Shown here piece after piece: positions 47,744 through 60,448 of a stretch of 64,000 bases of DNA. Origin of the DNA: Hypanus sabinus (lineage: Eukaryota); NCBI RefSeq assembly GCF_030144855.1, contig NC_082706.1, positions 127,162,001 to 127,226,000 on the forward strand. The letters are read 5' to 3'. Below the pieces are notes generated by a model. It searched no databases. It had not been told where the DNA came from and worked only from the letters and a program-made list of their open reading frames with translations. The translations under genes were made by a program, and so were the position numbers. The number at the start of each line of letters is the position of its first letter. Position 1 is the first letter of the stretch.

Positions 47744-48150
47744 AATAAACTCTTCTCGGGCTTCCAGCAGGCACAGGTATCGATTATAACTGATGTTTCA
47801 ATGACAAACTATGTCATCTTCCTCAGGGTTGATTCCTGGCCTGATGATATTTATACCCCTGAATACAGTCCCTTCTGATTGGTTAGTCCTCATCCAGTCA
47901 GCTTTCCACTCTTCCATCTTGCTTAGAACGAGACTGGAATTCGATTGTAAGCAAGGTGAGACAGCGGAAACCTGATTGGACGAGAATTAACCAATCATGA
48001 GGGATAGAATGAAGGTGTATTAATACCACTGGACTAGGCATGCCCAGGCATCATCCTTGAAGAACTTGGCAGAGTTTGCTGGTTATAATCGATACCTGTA
48101 CCCGGCTGGAAGCCCGAGAGGAGTTTATTCGTCATATATTCCGGGAAAGC
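47744..48150. mobile_element. Fold-back pair of Penelope-like terminal repeats with hammerhead remnants
   Basis: Arms 47744-47928 and 47945-48129 are imperfect reverse complements around a 16-bp centre. A hammerhead-like motif lies on the minus strand at 47826-47792. Confidence 0.75.
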
Positions 48151-49007
48151 AAAGATCAATTCAAGATGTGCCTATCTAGAATTTAGAAGATTTACTAAAA
48201 ATTAAGAGCAAAGTTGAACAAAGTTGAAATGTATGACTATAACTGAAATTTGTGTGTCTGTGTCTCAGCTACTGATAGTAGACACTTGCTCAGTTCTGGG
48301 TAAACACTGCTGTATAAAATTTTCTGCTAAACTAAATTCTAATGTGATTGTGTACCTTGTTGTTAACTTGAATTATTTCTGTCAGGTCTATTAAACATTT
48401 GATAGCACACATGAGGTCTCTGAAATTGAAATCAACCACAGTTTGCATGTTCTCCCAGCAAGATTCCTCTGGATGCTCCAGTTTCCTCCTGCATCCTAAA
48501 GTCTTAACAATTGGTAGGTTAATTGATCCCTGCAAATTATCAGTAGTATGTGACAGTGGATGAAATCTGAAGAGATAATAGTGGGATTGATGGGGATATG
48601 TGGAGAAATTATTTCATGGAAAAAAGTTATTGAGGGAATGGAATTAATCTGTGAACCTGCATAGACTCAATGGATGCAAGAATCAACTTCCAAGTTTAAA
48701 GAAGTGTGAATGAAATATCTAGAGTATTTTTTAAATGATGTGCTTTTCTTGACATAACTTTATTTATTAGTTATGAAGTTTTGGTTTTGGGCAGAAAATT
48801 TAAGTTTGCACTAATTTCATGGACAGGTACCAGAACATTACTCTAGTTAGAAATTAAACTCAGTGTTCATTATGAATTCTGCATTTTTCTGTTCCTTTCT
48901 GCCGTTGATAGGATACTGACACTTCCTGCTATTTTCATCCTCATTTTATATCAACCTCATTTTAAGTCAGTCTAGCACCTTTGCAGCCAACACAAGCATC
49001 CTCTTCA

Positions 49008-49232
49008 GAATCAGAGTCAGATTCAAGTTTATCATTACTGCCTTACATGGCAATGACATTTATTATTACAGTGGCAAGACATAAAATTGCCATTAAATAC
49101 AAAATAAATAAACTAATATAAAATAATAAAGAGGTAGTGCAAATTAAATAATAGTGAAGCAGAGTCCATGGGTTCAGAAATCTGATGAAGGGGAGAAACT
49201 GTTCCTGAGTCACTGAATGTGGGTCTTCAGCC
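49008..49232 (-). mobile_element. Rex1 3' UTR fragment
   Basis: AATCAGAGTCAGATTCAAGTTTATCATTACTG...CTGTTCCTGAGTCACTGAATGTGGGTCTTCAG. Confidence 0.65.
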
Positions 49233-50057
49233 ACTGCTATTAGATTTGAAGCTTACACCTTCTCCTGCAGATGATAAAATTGGAGATGCCTAGTGCCAAA
49301 TAGGAGCCATTCAGCCCATTGTGTCCAAGCTAGCTAACAATGCTTCCATTTAGGTTACTCTTGTTGTGTAGACTGGAATACCTCAAGTGCACATCTCAGT
49401 GCATATGAAATATTTCCACTACACTTTCGAACAGTGAGTTCCAAACCCCAAACTCATATTACTTGAAATTCCTTTTCCTCAACTCCTCCTGATCTTTCCA
49501 CCATTTATTTTAAGCCAGTCCTGTACTTTATTGGTAAGCGAAATACATTATTTCAATTGACCCCTTCTACATCTCATAATTAAATCCTCTAAAGAAAACC
49601 ACTGCAGCCTAAGTGGTCTCTCACAGTTATAATTCTCCAGCCCTGGTACAGTACTTCTCAATCTCCTGTAGGCCCACTGTAGCAGCAGCATATCCTTCAT
49701 GTAGTATGTAGTGCGGTGACGTGCTATAAGGTGTTTCATGGTACTTGAGCAATATTAACTGCTTTGTTAACCTGTTCTGACACCAGCAAGGATTTAACAA
49801 AATACAGAACACTCTTACAGCCAGTTACAAATTGAATCATCTGGTTAGTATTTAATTATTTTGCTTTTGCACCATAGGCATTTCACCACACACTCCTTTT
49901 TAGATGAAACCTGCGTGTTTTCTTACAAAGTCCACTGATGTCTTCTTCATGGTTTACTCCATTTCCTAGTTTTCTGCCATATCCAGAGCTGTTTCCAGTA
50001 ATCCATCATTACCGTATTTCAGGAATAATGGTAGTCTCTGCAGTAAAGCAGCATTCA

Positions 50058-50360
50058 ATTCAGAATCAGATTTATTATTATTGACTTTTACGGCAGCAGT
50101 ATAGCTCAAAGACATAGAACTGCCAGAAGTTATAAACATAAATAAATATAAAGGTAGTGTTCATTTGTTTCACATACTCCACAGATTCGATGGTGGAGAG
50201 GAGGAAGCTGTTCTTGAATTATTGAGTATGGATCTTCAGACTCCTGTGCCTCCTCTCTGATGGTAGTAATGAGAAGAGGATGTGTTTTGGATGGTGAAGA
50301 CTTTAGTGATGGGTGCGACCTTCTTGAGGCACCACCTCCTGAAGACGTCCTCTCTCCAGG
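50058..50360 (-). mobile_element. Rex1 3' fragment
   Basis: CAGAATCAGATTTATTATT...GAAGCTGTTCTTGAAT...CTTCTTGAGGCACC. Confidence 0.7.
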
Positions 50361-51489
50361 CCTAAAAATGCCATTCTCCTTTACTTCATGCCTCTGCATT
50401 TTGATAACAGCCCTGTTACATGCTGCTTTGTGAAACACCATCTGAAGTATAACGTATGATTTCAAATCCACTGCCATAATTCATCCTCAAAATAAAGCAT
50501 AATGAAGTTGTTGGGAAAACAGTGTAGTAAGTGATGTGTAAAGGGAGCAGGCAGATAGTTCATTGTTTGCATTATTGAAGCCAGGGTGGTACATTGTCTT
50601 TCTGCTGTTGAAGTTAAAGGTACTACTGAGCAGCCATGGAAAAATCTGAAGGGAAAGGCAAGAACACTTGAAACAATTAGCAGGTTAGACAGCATCTGTG
50701 GGAAGAGGAGTAGAATTTCCATGGTATATTGGTGACTTTCATCAGAACTAATGACTTCTAATCTAGAGTGGAAAGGCTGAAATACTGAATTCAGAGTTGA
50801 ATCCTGCAGAGTATAGCTGGAAGATAAGATCCAATGCATTCAGGTTACATTGGGTTTTATTGGAGCTATGTAAGAGAACAAAGACAATGAGGCAGTGGGA
50901 GTGAAGTATCAAAGTGAGTTTTGGTTCTTGTATAAGTTATTGCTGGTTCTCAATTTATTCTGTGATTAGCCAAGTGTCTGAGCAGAAGAAATACACAAAC
51001 GTAGACAGCATGATTATAGGTTGGGGTGATGCTGAGAGACCTGCTGGTGTCTAGATCGTGAAGCACATTCTTCAAAGTGTTGGATTACTTAACCTTAGAA
51101 AATTCCCAGAGAAATGGAATATATTGTAGGTTGGAACGATAAGTAGGCTCATCATTGTGAGAAAGAGATGGGTAAAAATAAATTCTCAAGGAAATTCCAG
51201 ACGGGTGAGAATGGATGAGATGATTGGAGAGAATAGGGGGAAGCTAGGGTGATCATAGTTATGAAGAGACTATTGAGATTATATTAATACCAATTATCCT
51301 GATTAAGTCATCGAATTAAAGCTTTGTGTTGGTATTGCTGAGACTAGGAAAGTCACAGGTTTAAATTTCAGATAGTGATAGGTTTATTGATTTTGGTGAG
51401 AGTTAAGACAGAATAATTGTACTGGTCAAACTAGATAAAAGAGAGAGTGGATGAGTTATAGTTCTCAGTTATAGTTACTGTCTTATGTA

Positions 51490-51700
51490 ATTGGAATTGG
51501 TTTATTATTGTCACATATATTGAAGTACTGTGAAAAGCTTGTCTTGGATCTGTTCATACCGATCAATTTGTTATAAAGTGTGATCTTAGTGTACTAGGCA
51601 ACCATTCATTATTCTTATAATAGCTATCCTTGAGCCTGGTGCTACATGCTTTCAGGCTTTGTATTTTCTGCCAGATGGGAGAGAGCAGAAAAGAGAAACA
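51490..51700 (-). mobile_element. Rex1 3' fragment
   Basis: TTGGAATTGGTTTATTATTGTCACA tail; minus frame QSLKACSTRLKDSYY. Confidence 0.7.
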
Positions 51701-51814
51701 TCTGACCCTCATGCTCTTCCAGTGATCACATGATTTTTGATATGACCACATTCATTGTCCAGGCTCGCGCGTGTTTGTGTGTATATGTATATTTATAACC
51801 ATTTTAGAGATATA

Positions 51815-52100
51815 CAGTCACGGAGTCATACAGCACGGAAACAGGCCCTTTGGGCAGACTGAGATGGCTTCTATCCCTCTAAAGATTTTCTTTCCAAGTG
51901 TTCTTTAAATGTTGTTAATGTTCTTGCTTTAACCACTTCCTCTTGCATCTTATTCTATGTATGGACCACCTTCTGGGTGAAAATGTTGCCCTTTAAGTTG
52001 CTATTAAATCTCTCTCCTCACAACTAAAACCTATGCCCTCTAGTTTTTGATTATCTTAACCATGGGAAAATTCTTGATTCCTAAATCTTTCATGATTCCC
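51815..52100 (-). mobile_element. CR1 3' fragment
   Basis: CACGGAAACAGGCCCTTTGG...CTATGCCCTCTAGTTTTTGA. Confidence 0.7.
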
Positions 52101-53774
52101 CAGTACTCATGGATATATTCTCCAATATTGGCAGTTAAGTCTATAAGTGGAATACGATTGAGAGTAAGCTGATGTAGTTCAGGACACCTGTGCTCATGGA
52201 ATTTATCACTGAAGAGCTAACTTCCAGCTCTTAGTCTATGAAACCTCCCCTCTGAACCTGTACCCTGTAAACCTGGTGTAAGTACAGCAGTGCCATTAAA
52301 ATGAGTAGAGAAATAGACTGCTGTGAGGGAGGTGAGTTACACTTTACTGATTTAAAGAGATTTGTTTAACTGTTGTTTAATGTGTCCATTTTAGGTCTTA
52401 TAATTCTTAAATAATCTATTTAATGACTTTAATTTAGCATCCATTTTGTTTGTAAACTGGGTGATTTAGATCATTTGTGAATCCAAGAGGAAACCAGGCC
52501 TGTGAGCCCCGACTCTGTGTTACTGTGGCTGAGTCAGGGTCTTAGCTGAAGACTGTATCCAAGGCCTCACAGGAAGAGCAGTCAGTTAGCCATCCGAGCG
52601 GATGGAAGATGATTGGCTTAATAGGTTGCTGATGGTCAGTGTGGCATTAGGTGGGCTGAAGGGCTTGTGTACTGTATGTCTCTGTAACTCTAAGATGTGT
52701 CCCAGTGGAGTTCATACAAATTAGTTAAAATACACTAATTTGACCAAAGTTTTGGTCACCTGGTCTATTACCTACTTGAGCACCACATTTTGTCTGCTAA
52801 TTCTCTTGTGATTTGGGTTGAATCATTTATTATGTCGGAGGTGCTGTGTAAATGAAAGCAATTCTTGTTGACAATGGTACCTGTTTTCTTCAGGGAATAA
52901 TATCCTTTATAGCAGGTTGCACTGCACTTGTGGCATCCAATTGATTTGCAGAACGTAATTTTAGGGAAAACAAACAAAGATTTGAAAGTCAGTCATTATT
53001 ACAGAGCGATAAAGGGGCAACCTGCAGATATTGGGCTCAGAAAGAATAAAGAATGGCTTATCCTTTATCTGGGTCTTTGTGGCCTGGGCAGGGTGTGAGT
53101 ATGTGAGAAAACAGCTGGAAATGTGATTGAAAAAATGGAAAAAGATTAACCTTGGAAATCAGGCATCAACCATTTATTTATCACAATCTAAGAGAGTACT
53201 GCTTTTTCAGATTAGTGATGATATTGAGAATGACTTTTTCAATCTGTTTGGAAGTGCAAAAGCTGACAGCCACACTGGACACAATCAATCCAGGCTTTAA
53301 CTTCCAATGGGGACTGGCAGTGCAGAATTCGACTAAAGCTGTCTTGCATTTCCCAGATGGATTGAGCAGTAAGATTTTGGGTTTAAACAGACAGTGGATG
53401 GAGAAGTCATTAGACGTTGGTTTAAAATTACTTGAGATTGCTCTGTGGCTTCTGTCCTCTGGGAAACACAAAGACAAGATATTCATTTAAGTGACTAGCA
53501 CTATGGAGGAAGATTGAGCAAAAAGCGCTCTTGAGGTTCACTGAAAAGCACATGCAAGGCTGATAAAGCTGAGTAGGCAGAAGACCAAAGAGGGAGGGGG
53601 TATTGATGAACAGATAGTGTTACAGTATGCCAGATAGGGATAGCTGGAGGACTTTGTAGTGTTGAGCAGTTTGCAGTTGTTTGAGCAATAAGGGTTGGGG
53701 CAGGGGACTGAGGAGGTACTTGAGTAGTGCCATGGACTTGTCCTCACCCACCCATTTTGCCTTTAAGGGAATAG

Positions 53775-53970
53775 TAACACAAGAACCTGCAGATGTTGGA
53801 ATCTGGAGCAACAACGTACTGGGGAACTCACGGCATCTTGGGGGTTGGGGGAGGGAATGGGACACTTTGGGTCAAAACCCTGCCTCAGTCCCGAAATGTT
53901 AATTCCTCCTCCTCTCCCTCCCCATGAATGTTATTCAACCCATTGAGTACCTCTAGCAGTTTGTATGTAA
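53775..53970. mobile_element. Head-to-head inverted pair of Penelope-derived short repeats
   Basis: CACAAGAACCTGCAGATGTTGGAATCTGG...GGAACTCA is in minus orientation, followed by CCCGAAATGTTAA...TGAGTACCTCTAGCAGTTTG in plus orientation. Confidence 0.55.
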
Positions 53971-54019
53971 CTTAAATGGGATGGAACCTCTTCTTCAGTG
54001 TAACAGGGTGTCATAATAA

Positions 54020-54410
54020 CATGAGAAATAGGAACAGGAATAGACCTTCTGAACTGTCAAGCCTTCTCCATTCGATCAGATCATGTCCGATCTGGCCGTG
54101 AACTCAGCTCCACCTACCTGCTTTTTCGCCATTACTAATTCCCCTGCTATGCAAAAATCTATCTAACTCTCATAAAATATTCTTAATGGATTTTTTTTGC
54201 TGATCCCTGGGCAGAGAATTCCACTGATTCTCTACTCTCTCAGAAAAGGAGTTTCTGCTCATCTGCATTCTTAATCTATTCCCCTGAATCTTGAAGCTAT
54301 GTCATCAAGTTCTATTCTCACTTATCAGCAGAAACAACTCTCTTCTCTCTATCTTATCTATCCCTTTCATAACATTATGATTTTATAGGATCTCTCCTCA
54401 TAGGCTAACT
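54020..54410 (-). mobile_element. CR1 3' fragment
   Basis: ACATGAGAAATAGGAACAGGAATAG...GGGCAGAGAATTCCAC...CTTATCTATCCCTTTCATAA. Confidence 0.75.
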
Positions 54411-57400
54411 CCTTGTCTCCAGAGTCAACTACTTCTGCATTGCAGCAAAGATAGTTTATCTTCACTCAAGAGGTTTAACTTGCTGGATTGAGGATTGGAC
54501 TTGGAGTTTCCTGACATGAGACGAGGGAGCTTTCCAATGAGCCTCGGTGAACAACAATAAGCATGAGGTGGAAGTTTATTATAGCAATCCTGTCAATTCA
54601 TGACAGATTGAGCATTGACCCTGTGGTTATACTGTGGCTCAGTAATGCAAAAGATGGTACATATGGTCACTTGAGCCAGCAGAGTTCATTATTGCACCCC
54701 CATCTTCCTGTGATTGCTATGCTACTTTTAAAAGTCCTTGCCACTGCATGAATTTTAATGGGTGCTAGAAAAGGTCACAGCAAATTACATTTATCAGGGG
54801 GACAGAAAGGTAAAACACTTGAAGGTCTAAGTAATGAATGAATGAAATTTTCATGACATTTGCATCTCTCTGTGGGTTCTATGAGGGAAAAAAATATTCA
54901 TTCCAGAAGCCATTGATTTTAATATCAAAAAGGGAGCAAAAGCAATTTAAGCAATTCATGAGCTACCTCATTCTGAGAAAGGGCTGAATAAGTCATTGCT
55001 TAGAATAAGAACTTCTGAGCATTTGCCAATTACACCTAGATATTGACAGGGAAAAATACTTTGAAACAAATTACATCGGATGCAAGATAATAGTTTTAAT
55101 CTTGTGAACTTGAATGCTTTCCCATTCTATGATTCTGTTTTCTGTGTACTTGATTGTAGAAAGTAAACCAATGAACTTGAGAGTGGTTGGAGTTCTTTAC
55201 AGCAACTGGTAGAAAACAATTAATAGTACAAAATGTATTAAGGAATATAAATAACTTGATTCTTTTATAATGAAATCTCAGGACTAATAGAAGAAATATT
55301 GGAGAATTTTACAGTGCTGAATCTTGAATTGATGAAGGCAAATATCAGGAGAAAATTATTAATAGAAAATGACAAGGACTTAAGCAGTCCTCAGGCTGAA
55401 ATGTACACTGTGATATCTTTTACTGCAATCTGTGATGGTTACATTATTACTTTAATATCCATGTCACTGCCCTTCCATAATAGAATAATGATGGGAAGAA
55501 CAGAGTCTTCTTTGAGTGTACTTTTGCAAGCTTCATTTCCCCATATTAATAAGTATTGGGATGACCAGTTAGGAATAGCTGGTACTGGAAGTTGGCTTTC
55601 TTTCCTCATACTTCAGTCTTTTCTTTGGTGCTTGTCATGGATGTATATGGAAATGGGTTTCTCTGACAAAAGCACAATGCCTACCAACAGTTCTACATGC
55701 CCAGAATCTCAGTGAGGTTACCATTGGGGGCATTTCAGGAAGGGGCATGCGATGATAGGGCAGTGCTAAAAAAGAATTTCTCACTAGTACTTATTGTAGA
55801 GCCTGACGTGTGAAGACGACTCTTTCTGGCTGGGTTCTAAAAAAGTACATCCTAAGGGGGAGGATAATAGTGTAATTGGCACTTGATACTATTTTGATTT
55901 AATATGTTTTTGACCACAAAGGGCTCTGGTGTCATGTAAATGAAAGTGAATGAAGAAATATTCTTTTTGATATTTGGCCAGTAGTCAGTTTTGCCACTGA
56001 AGCCATAAATGCATTTGTTCCTATTCTCCTTCATCTATCTAGTCTGCTTGACCTTCCTGCTCTTCCTCTCACCTCATGTGAGATCTGTTAATGTTAATCT
56101 GTTAATGTAACATCTGTTAATGTTAGCTTGGCAGGATTTAATTTATAAGATTTAATAGTTTTGACAGGTACAATGTATTATTTTTGGGCATTTATTTTCA
56201 TTTTTATTGATTTGAGTTTTCAAAATTGTACATTAGGTTTATGGGACAGACAATTTGTCAAGACAGTAGACCATTAAAACCTTTGTGCAGAATCACCCGT
56301 CAACATACAAAAGGTCAATATGCATAAACAAATAATATTCATCTTACCAGCTGTAGATCAGACTTGAATTGGCAGTTGTGTTCAACTTGTGTGAATAAAA
56401 CATAGAAACATTTCAGGTATTGGTAATGGTTACTGCAAAGTTTACTTGATCTAACAAGCCAGGAGCCATCTGCTCCATTTTAAAATGTTTGTCTGATTAC
56501 TAATGTTGGGAGTATATTTTCATGGACTCTGAATGCAAGGCAAAAATTGATATTTATTGGAGTTTATTATTGAGAAATTACACCTGCAAGCCTCCTTAAG
56601 TACATCAATGGATTTTCCCTCACTTTCTTCTTCTGCTGTCAGGTCCACATTCTCACCACTCTTTTGGTAAACAAACCATTGCTGAATTTTTATCTCATTT
56701 GTAGCCACTACATGTGGAATTCTCCAGAAGCAGAGAATTGAATTTAAATTTATTGGCTTCAAGAGATGCATCTTTCCTGTGTGTTTAACCTTACAAGGAG
56801 AACATCTGAATATATCCCCATAATCTCATGTCCAACTTATTTCTTCAGGTAGTAACAGGATGGTCCGTACCTCTTCCTGATTACTCATCTCACCCACCAC
56901 AATCTTGCAAAGGTTCTTGTCCTGAAGTGAAAACATTCATTCTATCCAAACTTTTCATAGTTTTTAAAATCCTCCATCTCAGCTTGTTTCCTTTCTTGAA
57001 TCAGTTACACAGCCAGCTGAAAGAATTACAGCTGGTTTAGGCTGATGTTAATATTTATAATGAATTCAGTCAGAGGAGATTTTTCACAGTTTCACTGATA
57101 GTAGTTGGTTATTGTCCCAATATACTGAGACCTCTTAATAAAGATGGAAATTACTTGCATGTAGTTCAGTTGTAAAGATTTCAAGTTGGGTTTGTCTTTT
57201 GCATAAGTAGAGGTAAAAATGAAAAGTTTGCTTGCAGCAGCATCTCCTGCTATCTGGCCTGTGAATTGATTTGTCATTTGGTATTATGCTTGGCAAAATA
57301 TGCCTTTTACTTCAAGAGGAACAGTGTGACTTGTCATTAAGTTAATTTCCAGGAACCTGAAGCAAATGCAGGAGAGTAAATGAGCTTCACTGTTAGAGTC

Positions 57401-57862
57401 TTGTTCTGTGAGATGGGATCATAAGGTACCACCTGACACCTTAGGAAAACCTTTGAGTTCTGGTGGAGTTCTGGTGACTGGAGTGGAGCTTTCTGAATTC
57501 CTTGTTAATGCTTGTGGAAGATCCTCAGATCAGAAATCGTGCCTCTAACTGCTTCGTTATTGCCTTAGTACAGGAGCACATCCAGCAGTGGAAATTGCAC
57601 AGTGCTGATAACCTAAGGATTACTGAACCACTTCATGAAAATGTTTGAAGCAGGAGCAGAGCAATAATCTGTGTCTGTGTAAGATGCTAAATATCAAAAA
57701 TGGGGATTCCAAGAGGGCATTTATTTCACTACAGCTATAGAATACAATCATTCTTGCAGATGTATAATTTATTGTTAAAACTCCAACTTGACAGCAAATG
57801 CACAAGCCTGCTTGAACTGGATAATCACTGAGTCTTGATTCCTGTATTTCATAATTGTGACT

Positions 57863-58190
57863 ATGGTGCTAGCCATGGTTCATTTGGAACTCTCTCAGCT
57901 GTAACGCAGAAGGCTGTGCATTCAATGCCCCACCCATTTCATTTGGCGGATTATTCAGTGAAGTACTGAGGGAGTGAATTGCCGCCATATGTATCTTTGT
58001 TCCTGTGAAACATTCAACCAAAGGTTCATTGGTTTGAATGTATTAAAAAAATCTGTGTCCAGAATCTATCCTCTAACTAATATTGCCTAAAACAGATTTA
58101 TTTGCTCTTGATTGTTAGTGGGCTGTGAGATATTGCTGTGCACAGATTGGCTGACACAATTCTTATATTAACACAGTGACCACTGCTCCA
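57863..58190 (+). mobile_element. Deu-domain SINE (SacSINE1/AmnSINE1-like)
   Basis: tRNA-like head, then AGTACTGAGGGAGTG, then Deu-like ATCTATCCTCTAACTAATATTGCCTAAAACAGATT...TTGCTGTGCACAGATTGGCTG...ACAGTGAC. Confidence 0.6.
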
Positions 58191-58720
58191 TGAGATTATG
58201 GAAAGTGCAATATTAGCTACATCTTGACCTGTGAACCTGAATATACCTCATAGAGCTACTTCATCATACTGTCAGCCCCTTGTGCCTCCGTATGCCAGAA
58301 GTCACCTTTTCCATTAGTTTTTTACACTCTTGGAGCTGTTCAACTTCAGTGTGCACTGCAGTTGACCCAAGCTTTCCTGTTATTTAAAAGTTTGTTGGCA
58401 TGCTCTTCCATCAAATCCATTTTTTACTGATTGACATGAACTAACTGCGTAGAAAACTCCCTACAAATTAAAGGAAAATGAAACAGCTGTACAACATACA
58501 GTGTTACATCTTTTTACATGCATGAAATAAGTAAGGAAATGTCACAGATTCTATTTGGCCCATCATTTCCAGCTAGGTTTTAAATTAGACCCTTGCTGTT
58601 AGACGGTGTCATTTCTTACCCTTTATTGCAAAGAATTGTGTAGTAATATCCTTCCTACTTGCATTACTATGCAACTCTAGTCCTTGTTACATAAGTACTA
58701 GCACATGTATACAATTGCCA

Positions 58721-58795
58721 CACACAAAATGCTGGAGGAACTCAGCAGGCCAGGCAGTATCCATGGAAAAGAGCACAGTTGATGTATCAGCTGAA
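58721..58795 (-). mobile_element. Short Penelope-derived insert with 16-bp flanking direct repeat
   Basis: CACACAAAATGCTGGAGGAACTCAGCAGGCCAGGCAG..., flanked by ATGTAT(A/G)CAATTGCCA at 58705-58720 and 58796-58811. Confidence 0.75.
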
Positions 58796-59049
58796 ATGTA
58801 TGCAATTGCCAAGATTATACCGGATATGTGTTTCACTGCACACTTTTTCTTTAAAATTGCTGACCATTGAACTAAATATTAGAAGCTCCGGTGTGAACAA
58901 ATAATTTTCCTCTTAATCACTGCCTACTTTCTTAAGATAGATTTTATTCAAATCACATACTTACCTCACTAACTCCTAGCTCTTCTTAAGTCTTTGATCC
59001 CTCATTATTGATATCTCTGCTATTCACTTGACCTATGCATACCTATTAC

Positions 59050-59373
59050 ATCATCTTTTGGCTGTTGTATCCAAAAGCAAACTTACAGTTCCACTAGGTT
59101 CAGGAACAGCTACTTTCCTACAACAATCTGATTTTTGAAATAACCTACACAGCTCTAATCGTACCTCAGCAATGGAACACAATGGGCCATCTCTTGCAAT
59201 ACCATGAGCTTTGACCCTGATTTTTTTTTGCACTTGTATCTTGTTTTGCACAGTCTTTTTCTTCACTGTTTCAAGTGTTGTCCAAACCTATGTGTACGTG
59301 ATGCTGCTGCAGGCAAATTTTTCATTTTACCTGTATCTCACTGTATTCTGTACATCAGCCAATAAACTTGACT
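59050..59373 (+). mobile_element. Rex1 3' end
   Basis: ACTAGGTTCAGGAACAGCTACTTTCC (TRFRNSYFP), with tail AATAAACTTGACTT. Confidence 0.7.
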
Positions 59374-60090
59374 TATCTTTCTTATCCCTGGCAAAATCCT
59401 TTTATACCTTTTCAATAAAGCCCTTCTATGGTTGTCATGTGGTACCCAGGTCTTTTCACAGTGGCCTAGTCAGGGCTTCTTTTGGTACCAGCATGCCCCT
59501 TGTTAGTCTTTCCTCTGAAAAGAATCATGCCTCCTTAACCCACCTGTTCTGCTGCCTTGACGGGGTTGATGGGTATGCACACCAAACAACTATCACACCC
59601 CGACACTTTTTAGAATCAATTGAACTCAAAGCAATAAGAGCCGTGAACAAGAGAGCTCTGAGGTACAACTGGAGATGCCGTCCATAGAGACGTTGAGAAA
59701 TTCAGCATGGAAGCAGGCTCTTTGGCCCATGGTGTCTGTACTCTCTTCACTTTCACAATTCTTGCAGCAATCCCAATTTTTAAAATTTCCTCACATTCCC
59801 ATCAACTCCACCTAGATTCTACCACTTAATTACATGCTGTAGATAATTTACAGTGGCCAATTTACTAACCAAACCAAACATCTGTACTTGATGAGTCAGC
59901 CAGAATCTAAGAGCATAACAGACATCTGGTATATTTCTAATAGTATTTGATTTTGGTAACTTACTTTCTTGTTTCACGGCTGAAATATCTTACATTTTTA
60001 ATACTGGTTGTTTAAGTCAATCAAGAAATTGAACCACTGTAATGAAGCATTTACAATTCTGGCAAGTAATGAGCAATCAAATCCTGTTAC

Positions 60091-60115
60091 TATATATATA
60101 TATATATATATATAT
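60091..60115. repeat. (TA)12 microsatellite
   Basis: Read directly from the sequence. Confidence 0.95.
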
Positions 60116-60448
60116 GTTCTTGTCAAACTTATACCAAACCTTCCTGTCTCAATAACTGAGTTCTGCTGACCACGAAGACTTGTCTCAGCTGATGTGAGTC
60201 TGAGACCTTTCAGTGGACTTGTCTATTTGACAGGGCAGTAGTGGATCATCTTAGTCAGATATTTTGGGTCTAATCGAAATTTTGAACAGGAGCTGCTGCA
60301 AATCATTAGCCACTGAAATTTAATAAGACAAGGTCATTTCAAAGACACATGATCCATTCCTTTCTTATTTAAAATAAATCTTTCATGTGCATAATAAAAA
60401 CAGAAATTGTTGTAAACTTTCAACAGAGCACGCATAACAAATCATAAA

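Noticed and set aside
49182-49200. CTGATGA...GAAAC motif
   Set aside because: The intervening AGGGGA cannot form stem II; it is a chance variant of a Rex1 3' end.
55299-55715. 138-aa ORF in unique DNA
   Set aside because: Non-ATG start, no recognisable motif and no clear splice signals.
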